DNA of 63,737 nucleotides from assembly GCF_028641065.1 (NCBI RefSeq), contig NC_073390.1, positions 27,900,264 through 27,964,000 of the forward strand, in the 5' to 3' direction. This stretch comes from Leucoraja erinacea (lineage: Eukaryota). The notes under the pieces were generated by a model. That model was not told the DNA's origin and did not search any database. It saw only the letters and a list, made by a program, of their open reading frames with translations. The first letter of the stretch is position 1. The number at the start of each line of letters is the position of its first letter. The position numbers and the translations under genes were made by a program. This document shows, piece by piece, positions 50,842 through 62,914 of the stretch.

Positions 50842-51400
50842 CAGTGGCGTAGCGTGGGGGGGCCAGTGGGGCGGTTGCCCCGGGCGTTAAATTTTTAGGG
50901 GATAATTGTTAAATTATTTTTTTTAAATTTGGATAATTTTTTTTAATAAAATTAAGAGGCCCGGGGAGCCATTGGAGCGAGGAGGGGTTACCTGGAGCTG
51001 TAAGTATAAAAACAGCGCGGGCCAGGCCGCCGCTGTCGTTGTCCCCGCTCCGAGGCCAGGCTGCCGCCGTCCCAGCTTCGTGGCCAGGCCACCCCAGCCG
51101 CTGCCGCCGCCATCCCAGCCGCCGTCCCAGCTCTGATGCCGGGCGGCCGCTGCCGCCGCCCCAGCTCCGTGGCCAGGCCGCCGCTGTCGCTGTCCCCGCT
51201 CCGAGGCCAGGTCGCCGCCGTCCCAGCTCCGAGGCCAGGCCGCCGCTGCCGCCGTCCCTGCTCCGAGTTCTGGTCGCCGCTGTCTGCCAGCTCCGAGGCC
51301 GCCAGCTCCGCCATTAGGCCTCGGCGCAGGCGGAGACGGGGGATACGACAAAAGAAGTCGCATCCCCCGATGGAAGAGACCAAAAACGTGTTCCTTCCCC
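50842..51400 (+). mobile_element. Non-autonomous hAT-like element, left part (same family as 62915-63729)
   Basis: Starts CAGTGGCGTAGCGTGGGGG. Shares GC-rich ccagctccgaggcc repeats and gggggatacgacaaaagaagtcgcatcccc with the copy at 63 kb. Confidence 0.6.
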
Positions 51401-51407
51401 TCCCCTT

Positions 51408-51492
<85 letters not shown>

Positions 51493-51539
51493 ACTCCCTA
51501 ACTGCCACCCCCCCGGGTTCCCACATCACCTCCGGCCAC

Positions 51540-54110
51540 CGCATTCCTTACACTATTATTCCCATAATACCACATCTCCCTTTCTTTGAGAACAAAGGGT
51601 GGACTACCTTTGTCTCTGCAGGTCTTAAGGGGTTTATTCTGCCCTTTTGCTGGAAGACCTGTCCCTGATTCAAGCATGCAAAATAGAAATAAAATAACTT
51701 CCGCGTTACCATACTGTGAACTATTACTTTAGCAGGCTGTGTTCTTCAAAACTTAAACTCTCAGGTTTCAGGTAAATGTACCAGGTTTACAGAACAATTT
51801 CACATGACATTTCACTCTCTTTTTCTTTATTGTAGAAAACAGATCAATAAATCACAAATCAAGTCTCTTCGGCTTTCTAACCTCTCTCCCACACCTGGTC
51901 CGCACAGTCTCTGTGGTGGGGCCCTCTCTGCTGGGTGATGTTGTCACTGGTGGAGCTGGCTCTGGTGGAGCTGAATCTTCTCCCACCGGTGGCTCATCAG
52001 CGTCGACTACCCCACTGTTGGTCTGCAGCGGCACCAAGTGCTGCCGTTCCTCCTCAGTGTGCCCTGAGGCACCTGGACGATATAAGAGCGAGGGGTATTG
52101 TGTGTAGATAGCACTTTGCCCTGGACTCGTGCATCGGTGATCCACACATCCTCCCCAGGTACTAGTGGCTCCAAAGGCTTTAAAGTGGCTACCTGAGAAC
52201 TGGGGCCCATTGTCACTTTTAAGAACTTCACCAATTCCATGACGAGAAAACATGGATTTCAGGTGTACCACCACATCTGTGGACCTTGTGGGTGACAGCA
52301 GCGCAACTTCCACATACCTTGAGAAATAATCTACTACTAGTAGATAAGTCTTGTCTTTCAGCGTGAATAGGTCAGCTCCCAAGGTTTGCCAAGGCCTGTC
52401 TGGCATCTCCGTTGGCATCAGCGGCTCTTTGACATTCCTTCTCTCTTGGATGCAGGTTCTACATTTCAGCACCATGTCATTCAGCTGTCTGCCTGCAGGT
52501 GCTCACGTAGGCTGCTCAGATAATCTCCACTGACAGGAATGTTGCTGATGACAGAGTCTACGTAGATGTTGGTGTCCTCTAATAGGCTTGTGTCTGTGTG
52601 TGTTCTTGCGGCTCTCAGAGGAGCACGCGATAAGGTGTTGGCTGTCCCCAGGCTTTTGCCAGGGACATGATTGACTGTATAGTTGTACCTCATGAGTCTC
52701 ATCCTAAATCTTTGGACTGTTGGTGGGAGGTCATCCAAAGCTTTCCCTCCCAGCAGACTCACCAACGGCTTGTGGTCAGTTTCCAGCTCGAATGGTCTTC
52801 CCAGGATGAAACAGCTGAACCTTTCACATGCCCACGTCGCAGCCAATGCCTCCTTCTCTACTTGAGCATAACGCTGCTCTGTTGGTGTCATTGACCTGGA
52901 CGCATATGCCACAGGTGACCACATGGCATCGCTTTTCTGCAGCAGGACTGCCCCCAGGCCAAAGGAAGAGGCATCAGCAGAGATCTTTAGAGCACTGTTT
53001 GGGTTGTATAATGTGAGCACTGGTGTGGATGACAGCTCTGTTTTTAACTGATCAAAGGCGGCCTGCTGCTCTGTCCCCCAGTACCAGTGGTTCTTCTTGG
53101 ACAGCAGGTCTCGTAGCACTTTGTCTTTTTCAGCCAGGTTAGGCAAGAAGCGGCCAAGCTGATTGACCATGCCCAGAAAACTCCTGAGTTCGCTGACATT
53201 TTTGGGTGCATCCATCTCTTGTACTGCGCTCGTCTTCTCTGGATCTGGCTTCACTCCATCTGCTGAAATCACATGACCCAGGAATCTGACTGTGTGGCGT
53301 GTGAGCTCACATTTGTCCATGTTGAGCGTAATGCCGGCCTTATGTGCCTTCTCTAGCACCGCATGTAGCCGCACATCATGCTCCTCCTGCGTCTGTCCCC
53401 AGACCAGGATGTCATCCATGTGACACAGTACCCCCTCCAGGCTACCGGTCACTTCTGTCATCATCATCCTTTGAAAGTGCTCGGGGGCTGATGCTATGCC
53501 AAAGGGTAGACGGTTAAAATAGTAGCGCCCAAAAGGCGTGATGAAGGTGGTGTATTTGGCAGACTCTTTTGTCAATGGTATTTGCCAAAAGCCCATGTTG
53601 GCATCTAATTTGCTGAATACTGTTGCGCCAGCTAGCATGCCCAGAGTGTGCTCGACAGAAGGCAGGATAAACTTTTCTCTGCATACTGATCCATTCATCA
53701 TTGTGAAGTCCACACAAATGCGAACATCACCTGTTTTCTTCGGCACCACCACCATCCCGGCACACCAATCAGTCGGCTCCTCAATCTTGGTGATTACGCC
53801 CATCTTCTCCATACGGTCTATCTCCTTCTTCACTTTTCCCATAAGCGGCAGATGGACTCTGCGTGTCGTGTGGAGAGAGAAGGGCACAGCCTCTGGCTTC
53901 AATTTAATTGAGTATGGCCTCCGAACAGACCCAAGCCGCTACACAGCTTCGGATATTGTTGTTTCACTGATTCCACGGTGATGCCATTAACCCTGCACAC
54001 AAGCTGAAGCCGTTCTATGGCAGGCCTTCCCAACAGTGCAGTGTGCAGGTCTTTTACTACAGCTTTTACTACATAAATGTTCTCTATGGCCTCAAGGCCG
54101 TGTTACTGCA
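51540..54110 (-). mobile_element. Gypsy LTR retrotransposon, internally deleted pol and start of the 3' LTR
   Basis: RT (LDANMGFWQI, LPFG, HMDD) and RNase H (DAS..GLGAVL, ETDHKPL) in ORF 52481-53902. Integrase (VVDYFSRY, SDNGPQF) in 51852-52475. PPT AAAGAAAGGGAGA followed by TG at 51574. Confidence 0.92.
52481..53902 (-). pseudogene. Gypsy pol fragment (RT-RNase H), open for 473 codons but truncated on both sides
   Basis: ORF track translation. Lacks intact gag/protease, and the integrase is disrupted. Confidence 0.85.
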
Positions 54111-54129
54111 CACGTTTGGGCTCAGTCAT

Positions 54130-54900
54130 CATGACCGTGCCGCAATGATCCTTCACATGGACGGTATGGGCGATCGAAGACCCTCCGCCCTGAGGGTCGG
54201 ATGCTGGCTTTGATGGATCGGCACCGTCGCTGCCTGCTTTTCGAGCAGGCCTTCCTCGAACAGGTGCCTGATGATATCCGCCTGATGCTCACTGGCGCCG
54301 ACTTCAACGATCCTCAACAACTCGCGGAGAGGTCTGACGAACTGTGGATGACAAGTCACCAGGAGGTCTGCGCCATCAGCCGCCCGGCTGCACCGGCTCG
54401 ACTACTGCCACGGTGGCCACAGGAGGAGGGCCTGCTACAGGAGGAGGGCCCTTCTGAGGAGCCGCCGCAACGTCCTGAGACCCGTAGTAGACACCACTGG
54501 TGCTACTATCACCTCCGTTTCGATGCGGAGGCTCGACGCTGCCAAAATCCCTGCACGTTTCGGGGAAATGCCTCGGCCGGTCATCTGTAGAGGCGACTGC
54601 GATCGGCCTGAACGAACGCCTCTACGTCCATGACCACCACACTGGCCGCTGTTTCCTCGTGGACTCCGGTTCCATCGACAGCATCTTTCCCCCGACCAGC
54701 CGCGATACCTGTGCTGGTAAGATGGGCCCTGTCCTCTCGGCCATGAACGGGAATGACATTTGAACGTACAGTACTCGGACCCTTGATCTCACTTTCGACT
54801 CCCACCCGTACAGGTGGAAGTTTGGCATCGCTAACGTTGCATAGCCGATCTTAGGGGCTAATTTCCTGCGTCCCTTATCGTGCACGTGTGTGGCGGTCGT
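54130..54900 (+). mobile_element. Second Gypsy fragment (CsRn1/Kabuki-like gag-protease)
   Basis: Gag with CHCC knuckle CYYHLRFDAEARRCQNPC. G GGA AAT slippery site at 54563-54569. Protease FLVDSGS in the -1 frame. Confidence 0.75.
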
Positions 54901-57520
54901 ATGATCCCGTTGTCAGACCTCTGCCCCGCCGCTCCGCGCAGCATACCCCCGCCCGACCTGCAACCCGACGACCAGGGACGTGCGGTCAGGGGAGGCAGAG
55001 CATCACCTGTCATACTTCCAATGAAAATAGCTGTTAAGAAAAGTAAAGAAAAATAATAATAAAATTAAATAAATATAAATATTTTTCCACTGATCTGTTA
55101 TAAATGTCATTTCTATATGAATCTAATCAATTTGTTTAGTCAAAATCACCAAACACAGGGAGAGATGAGAGGTGAGGCAGCGACGAGCTGAGCCTCCCCT
55201 CTGATTGCGCAACCCTCTGAAACTGGATGGAGCGCGGGCAATAAGCATGTGCCTGTTACTATCTGTATGTCACCAATTTAATGTTTGTAAACCCCTTCAT
55301 TACATGTCCTCACCTTCCAGGTAACTTATTTCACATATAAATATATTAAATTTATGCTCGCTGGTCTCGTCATAAAACTGCAATGAAACGGCACCAGGGG
55401 AGGCAGCGATCACATCTGCCTCACATGGGGGCATGTCTTGAGCCCAGTGGAGGGAGAGCAAGCGTCAATTACGTGGGCTGAGCCTCTCTCCCTCCACGTT
55501 AGCTAGCTTCAGCAGCGGCTGCACAGCACTGGATTCCACCGCAGGCGGCGTTGACCGTAGAACATCGCGGAGCCCTGGGATCCTTGCCAGGGTCGCCAGT
55601 GATGAATCTCCGCCCAGTTCGGCCTGTGGACTTAGGAAGCCATGGTCTCTGGCAGGAAGTGGCTGTTTCGGAGGCTCTGGGCATGAAGTGAGAGTCTCGA
55701 GTCATGGTCATCCTACATTTGGAACGGAACTGGAGAGTGACATGAAAGGTGGGATCATAACTATGAAGTACTTTTTAAAGCCTCCTCTGGTTACCCAGCA
55801 TGGGAAGAGGCCTGCCGAAAGTGATCCATCATAGACTGTCTCACCTAAACTATATTAATTAGAAATTGCATCCAGAAGAATACAGTTGAAATATGAAAAA
55901 TGTGCTTTGAATCCCAGAATCTGTGAACCTATTCTGAAATTCAACATGATGACAGACTTGATTTTATTGTCGCATGAAAAGTATAAGCTACTAGCCTCGT
56001 CAACTCATTATTCTAAGTAGTGCACCTGACACGTTCATATCCTGGCTAGCCATCGCACAAATCTGTAAGAGGGATAATCTTTTCCTTTTTTGGAGTTTAG
56101 GTTAGCACTTCATCTATGTCAGCAAGAAACTTTTTTGTTTGTAACATCAAGTGTCGAGGCACAGGCAGTGCTAATTGTGGCTAGGAGATTGTTGTCTGAG
56201 GAGTGGTGGAGGGTCATGAGATACTTTCTCGGTGCTTCTTTGTCCTCATTCTTTAATTAATGTGGTTTCCCTCCGGCTCTCAGATGGATCCTTCACCTGC
56301 ATCTTTTTGGTGTGCTGGAGTTCTGCCCTTGCTCCCTCGTCCCACTGATGCAACAACGACAGAGTTCCCTTGGTCCTCACCTTTCATCCCACCAGCCTCC
56401 GGTTGTTAGGTTAGAGATACAGCATGCAAACAGACCCTTCAGCCAACCGAGTCCGCGCCAACCAATGATTATCTGCACACTAGTTCTATCCTACACATTG
56501 TGGTCAATTTACAGAATTCACCTACAATCGTGCAAGTCTTTGAAACATGGAAGTCTTTGGAATACCACTAATCACATCTTCCCATCTCCACCTCTTTTTG
56601 CCTTCTACAGGCCTCATTGGCAAAGCATTCTGACCAATATCTGATTGATTTGTGGTTAAAAGTATTTTGTACAAACATTTCTTCAAGTGACAGGAGATAC
56701 AGCAGTGTCCAGCTGAATGGACATGGCAACAAGACAAAACCCATTTGTAGCACCGATAACAGAGGGAGTGTCAACGCTGAGCTTGATGCTGCTATAGACA
56801 AAAGTGTCATGGGGTGTGGGCCATGTTAGACACATTTCACCCCCTTTTCTCTGGAGATTTGTGCATTGTGTTTCTGCAGGCATGAGCCATTTTGGATTTC
56901 AAGGTGATATGGAAATGGCTCGGGCATCTGCTGCAGTGCAGAAGCAAGATTTTGAGCACGATCGTGCCTTACAGAACAACATCAATAGCATCACACATCC
57001 GATGACCAAGGTCCTTCCTGCATCTTTCGACCAATGCGGTTCCAAAGATTCCTGTTTCTGCATGGCCTTGGCTACACACTCAATAAAAAAGATAGATGCT
57101 GGTGTAAGTCAGCGGGTCAGGCAACATATCTAGAAAAGGCCTAGATTACATTTTGGGTCGGGATCCTTCTTCAGACTGATTGCAAATAAAAGTACTGGGA
57201 GAAAAGAGGGGACCAGACAAATCATGGCCAGGTAGATGACCTCAGGCGAGGGGGTTCCCTCTTGGGCCGATTGTTGGATTGAAGCAGATTTTTTCACAAA
57301 AATAAACACTTCAGAATAAAAAACTCCACGCACATTCTCAGTGTCGATACATTCAATAGTATTATACTCCGTAGTGTTCACATCTATCTTTACACAATCT
57401 TTAAAGAAAAGCCTAATGGCCCCTGGTGATATCCCTTCCTTTGTTTAAGGGAAAGGACTCTGCTAATCCAAGGCTGAAATGCGGAGGATGACGCTGACAG
57501 TGATGGCCAGTTATACAATC

Positions 57521-57639
57521 CAGCCGGATACACTACCTGGTCATACTTTGGGCTGTAATTTTCACTCTTACGGTCATTACATTTCTCACAGATTTACTCA
57601 GACTTGTGTGATTTGTTGATCTTACATTGATATTGACTT
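57521..57639 (+). repeat. 119-bp direct repeat, copy 1 (copy 2 at 58781-58899)
   Basis: cagccggatacactacctgg...tattgactt. The two copies differ at 3 positions, offset 1260 bp. Confidence 0.9.
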
Positions 57640-57739
57640 AGAATGTTGCTGCTAAACTTCAGGTCTTTGATGTGAGACTTTGTGTCTTAGATATGTGCTT
57701 GCAACATTGTCATTTTTTTCCTCTCTTTCCATTTTCCAG

Positions 57740-57830
57740 GCCAGTGATCCAAGAGAGGTTACAGAAAGGGATCACTGTCATTGTGGATAGATATGCATTT
57801 TCTGGACTTGCATTCACAAGTGCAAAATCA
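57740..57830 (+). pseudogene. DTYMK: Orphan copy of DTYMK exon 3 (91 bp), upstream of exon 1
   Basis: ttttccag|G CCA GTG ATC...AAA TCA|gtacat. Encodes PVIQERLQKGITVIVDRYAFSGLAFTSAKS (thymidylate kinase DRY..SG motif). Exon size and phase as in human exon 3. Confidence 0.8.
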
Positions 57831-58780
57831 GTACATATAATAGAACTGGGGAAAATAATATTTTGAACTGTAATCCAAGTGAATAACGAATTAATTAAAT
57901 ACCTACATTTTTAGATATAGAATATCTGCCTTTTACTGATGTCTACAATGCCAATGTGATTGGTCATTCATGTTTAAAGTTGACGGCCTAATTGTTTTTG
58001 AATTGGAAGTACATAGTATCTGTGGCGTGTGTGTATCCTTCAGAACAGGAGATTGGAGAATTAACAATTCCTTAATTTAGATCATTTAGTGTTCCATGTG
58101 AATCCTGGTCTGGCTTGGATTCTCTTTCTATTAGTATTGATAATGGCAGTATTAGCATTTATTCTTTATTTTCCTGGGAGTCTATGAGATGAATTAGAAA
58201 GACCATTTCCAGTAAAAGGCAGCTAGAACTGGGTGATACCTTCAGTACTGACCAAATTGCCAATGCCAGCAATTTAAAACTCTCATCATTTTTCTCAAGA
58301 TATTTCGATGGCTACATCTTGCCTTTCTCCTTTAACCTCCAGCCTTGCAACTGTCTGAGAACTCTGAACTCAAATTCTTGTCTCCTGTGTTGTTTACTTT
58401 GTCTCTCAGAAGAAGTTTACCAGAATGTTGACCAGGTTAGAAGGTATTAGTTATAAGGAGAGTTTAGACAAACATGGGTTATCTTGTCTGGATTGTTGGA
58501 CGATGAGGGAAGACCTAATAAAGTTTATAAAGTGGGAGGCACAGATAGAGTAGATAGTCAGGACCTATTTCCCAGGGTACAAAAATGTTAAAAACTACGG
58601 GGCATAGCTTCAAGGTGTGAGAAGGGAAAGTTAAAAGGTGGTGAGCAGGGCAATTTTTTTTTTTACAGAGAGCAGTAAGTAGTGATGGAAACGGATTCGA
58701 TAAAGGTGTTTGAGGCTTTTAAATTGGCACATGGATATGCAGGGAATAGAGGGATGTGGACCAAAGGTGTGGACCACATG

Positions 58781-58899
58781 CAGCCGGATACACTACCTGG
58801 TCACACTTTGGGCTGTAATTTTCACTCTTACGGTCATTACATTTCTCACAGATTTACTCAGACTTGTGTGATTCGTTGATCTTACATTAATATTGACTT
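58781..58899 (+). repeat. 119-bp direct repeat, copy 2
   Basis: Matches 57521-57639. Similarity stops abruptly just before the DTYMK promoter. Confidence 0.9.
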
Positions 58900-59050
58900 C
58901 TATCGTGAGATGGCAATGGTTTAATTTCATTGCACTGCTTTCATGAGCAACCGAATCGACTCACACACAGTGCGCTGCCCCTCTAATATATTTGGTAACG
59001 GCCAAGCGCTCGCTTTGACGCCATTGCGCACGGCGGCAGGCAAGCACAAG

Positions 59051-59082
59051 CAAATATCCCATAGGACCCCATAGGACCTTTG
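59051..59082. mobile_element. 32-bp micro-insertion with 8-bp TSD in the DTYMK promoter/5' region
   Basis: CAAATATCCCATAGGACCCCATAGGACCTTTG flanked by AGCACAAG (59043-59050, 59083-59090). Confidence 0.65.
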
Positions 59083-59164
59083 AGCACAAGTGACGCACTA
59101 ACACGCCCACCACCGTTTGAACTCGTCTTTCCTGCCAACCGGTGCAGAGAGCTGTCTCCTGCTA

Positions 59165-59294
59165 ATGGCATCCAAGCGGGGTGCGCTGATCGTGCTGGAA
59201 GGTGTGGACCGGGTGGGTAAGAGCACCCAATGCAAGCGGTTACATGAGGCCCTGCGGCAACAGGGGCGGCCCGTTGAGCTGATGTGCTTCCCGC
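59165..59294 (+). CDS. DTYMK: Thymidylate kinase exon 1 (130 bp coding)
   Basis: ATG...TTC CCG C|gtaag. Encodes [26 protein letters not shown]...FP with the P-loop. Confidence 0.95.
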
Positions 59295-59344
59295 GTAAGT
59301 GGTCGCATCTTAACTGTTGTGCCCTCGCCAGCCTCACCCAGGAT

Positions 59345-62250
59345 GCCTGGAGCTCTCCCATTTGCCCCGATGTTAGGGAAGTCCAGGACAAGGGGTCACA
59401 GCTTAAGGATAAGGGGGAAATCCTTTAAAACCGAGATGAGAAGAACTTTTTTCACACAGAGAGTGGTGAATCTCTGGAACTCTCTGCCACAGAGGGTAGT
59501 TGAGGCCAGTTCATTGGCTATATTTAAGAGGGAGTTAGATGTGGCCCTCGTGGCTAAGGGGATCAGGGGGTATGGAGAGAAGGCAGGTACGGGATACTGA
59601 GTTGGATGATCAGCCATGATCATATTGAATGGCGGTGCAGGCTCGAAGGGACGAATGGCCTACTCCTGCACCTAATTTCTATGTTTCTATAGAGGCAGAT
59701 CTGCAGAAACAATGTGCAGTTTAACCGACCCATTAATAACACTCAATTAATCTACAATAATACAATTTAGATGGATGAGAGGGTATCTTATTGAAGCATA
59801 TAAGATTATTAAGGGATTGGACACGCAGGAGGCAGGGAACGTGTACCCGATGTTCGGGGAGTCCAGAACATGGGGCCACAGTTTAAGAATAAAGGGTAGG
59901 TCATTTAGAACCGAGATGAGGAAAAACCTTGAAACCCAGAGAGTTGTGAATCTGTGGAATTCGCTGCCTCAGAAGGCAGTGGAGGCCAATTCTCTGGATG
60001 CTTTCAAGAGAGAGTTAGATAGAGCTCTTAAAGATAGCTGAGTCAGAGGATATGGTGAGAAGGCAGGAACGGGATACTGAATGTGGGTGATCACAGTGAA
60101 TGGCGGTGCTGGCTCGAAGGGCCGAATGGCCTACTCCTGCACCTATCGTCTATTGTCTATAATATATAATAACAATAATAGGTAACTAAACTTTAATAAT
60201 GCAAAACCAAAATCCATAGTGCAAGCAAAACAAAGTCCACAGTCTCGACCCGAAACATCAACTATTCCTTTTCTGGAATGCTCTTTGACCTGCTGAGTTA
60301 CTCCAGCTTTTTGTGTCTATCTTTGGTGTAAACCAGCATCTATAGTTGTTTCCTCACAGCATTTTTTACTGAGAAGATTAAGAAATTGAGATATATAAAT
60401 GATGATGTATTAGAACATGTACAAATTACAAAAGAGGAGGTGTTATTGGTTTTAAAGCACAAGGTGAATAAATCCCCAGAGTCTGACCGTGCATTCCTGC
60501 ACCTTGTGGGAAGCAAGGGAAGAAATTGCTTCCCTTGCAGAGATTTTTACATTATCTTTGGCCACAGGTGAAGTTCTGGAAGACTGGAGGATGGCTAATG
60601 GCGTGTCATTATTTAAGAATGGCAGTAAGGACAAACCAGAGAAATATAGGATGGTGGGCCTGATGTCAGAAGTGAGAAAGTTGTTGGATGAGATTCTGAG
60701 CGACATGATCTACCAACATTTGGTGAGGCAGGGACTGATTTGGAATGGACAGCAAGGCTTTGTGTATGAGAAGTTGTCTCCTAAATCTTACAGGTCACCA
60801 AGATGATTGATGAAGGAAGGAAAATGGACATTGTCTATATGAACTTTAGCATGCCGTTGACTAGGTCCAACATGGTGTGCTAGTCTGAAAGGTTAGATTA
60901 CATGGACTCTAAGGTGAGCAAGCCAATTGGATTCAAAATTGGCTTGGAGGAAGGAGTGGAGAGGTGGTTATGGAGGATTGCTTTCTGATTGGAGGCATGT
61001 GACCAGTGGTGTGTTGCAGGAATCGATGCTGGGTCCACTGACGTATGTTATCTATGTGATTAATCTGGATGACAATGTTAGTAAATTTGCAGGTGACCCC
61101 CAAATTGGTGGGATAGTGGACAGTGAGAAAGGATATATACATTTAGAACTGGATCTAGATCAGTTGATAAGTTGGACTATGTAAGAGCAGGAAACATGTT
61201 CCCGATGTTGGGGGAGTCCAGAACCAGGGGTCACAGTTTAAGAATAAGGGATAAGTTATTTAGAACAGAGATGAGGAAACACCTTTTCACACACTTGTGA
61301 GTCTGTGGAATTCTCTGCCTCAGGGCGGTGGAGGCCGGTTCTCTGGATACTTTCAAGCGAGAGCTATATAAGACTCTTGAAGATAGCAGAGTCAGGGGAT
61401 ATGGGAAGAAGGCAGGAATGGGGTACTGATTGTGGATGATCAGCCATTGAATGGTGGCGCTGGCTTGAATGGCCGAACGGCCTACTCCTGCACCTATTGT
61501 CTATTGTCAAATGGAATGTAACATTGACAAGTGTAAGGTGTTACACTTAAACGCGGGAGGACTTGCACAGTAAATGGTAGAGCCCTGGAGAGTGTTGTGG
61601 AACAGAAATATGTGAGAGCATATGTACGTGGCTCCCTGAAAGTGGCGATTCAGGTTGAAAAGGTAATGAAGAAGGCATATGCTGTACATGCGTTCATTGT
61701 GAAGGGTATGGAATAAAAAAGTTGGGACATCTGACACCGCTGTACAAGTCGTTGGTGCCACCACACTTGGAATTCTGATCACTTTTCTCTAGGAAGGTTC
61801 ACCAGAATAGATTCTCCAGAATTTTTACGTGGACTTGTGGGCTTAAGTTATAGGAAGAGGTTGGATAGGCTGGGACTCTTATTTATCATAGGAGTTTATG
61901 GAGTAACCTTATTTAAGTATGGAAAATCACGAGGAGCATGGATAAAGTGAACGGTCAGTCTTTTTCTCAGGGTAACGGATTCTAAAAGCAGAGGGCATCA
62001 GCTTAAGGTGAGAGGGAAGAGGCTCAAGAGGAAGCTCGGGGCAAACCTTTTCACTCAGTATATATTTGGAACGAGCTGCCATTGGAAGCTATAGAAGCGA
62101 ATACAATTACAACTTTCAAGAGTCATCCGGGCAAATATATGGATAGGAAAGCTATGGAGGGATATGGGCCAAATGTAGGGAAATGGGGCCAGCCCAGCCA
62201 TTGGACAAGTTGAGGTGAAGTGCTTGGTTTCTTGCTATATAATTCTATAA
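59345..62250 (+). mobile_element. Cluster of CR1 LINE fragments in DTYMK intron 1
   Basis: Three CR1 3' ends (59345-59690, 59775-60160, 61185-61505) and older RT segments (EDWRMAN..LFKNGSKDKPEKYRMVGL; VTSGVLQESMLGP). Confidence 0.8.
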
Positions 62251-62318
62251 ATGCAAGCTGTTTGCCAGGATCATTCATGACAGTGGGAGATCCTGATTTG
62301 TGTCTCATTTGGTTTCAG

Positions 62319-62427
62319 ACAGAGGAACTGAAATTGGGAAACTGATTAGCTTGTACCTGGAGAAGAAACAGAACCTGAATGATAACGCTGTGCACTTACT
62401 CTTTGCGGCTAACAGATGGGAACAGGT
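62319..62427 (+). CDS. DTYMK: DTYMK exon 2 (109 bp)
   Basis: tttcag|AC AGA GGA...CAG GT|gtaag. Encodes RGTEIGKLISLYLEKKQNLNDNAVHLLFAANRWEQV. Confidence 0.94.
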
Positions 62428-62914
62428 GTAAGGTGTTTTATTTAATGTACATGTGGAAATGAGGTGGACGATTCCTTTCTGAAGGAGTGTGGAGGAAACT
62501 GGCAAATAACATTTTATAATCTGTTTTTGATACCTCCTATTCCTTTTGGACTTTCTTGTGAACCTAACATGTAATTGGGATAAGTTTAAGTCGTGTTAAC
62601 TTGTGTTAGCATAGTGTACTAATCATCGCTTAAATTTAGTCAATTAACTAAATCTGGAATATAAAGTCAATAGTATCTATAACGATGACCATGCAGTAGT
62701 GCTATAGGCCATGAAATCATTTATGCTAATTCATGCAGTGTACATGGGACTCTCGAGCGAGTCCAATTTTGAACCCGTGAAGCACTCCCTACATTTGCAT
62801 TTGGTACCCGGGCACAACATCAGCTTCTGAGGCATGTATCACACTAAACAGTAAATTTGTCACTATTCAGTCATATGACAATGCTGAAGATTTCTTTCTT
62901 CAGTGTTATGAGAG

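Noticed and set aside
50923-51544. Pro/Gly/Arg-rich ORFs (also 63085-63651 and 29169-29409)
   Set aside because: Derived from GC-rich TE interiors and C homopolymers.
59117-59428. Single-exon 103-aa DTYMK ORF
   Set aside because: The ORF runs past the GTAAGT donor at 59295 into intron and CR1 sequence. Only 59165-59294 is coding.
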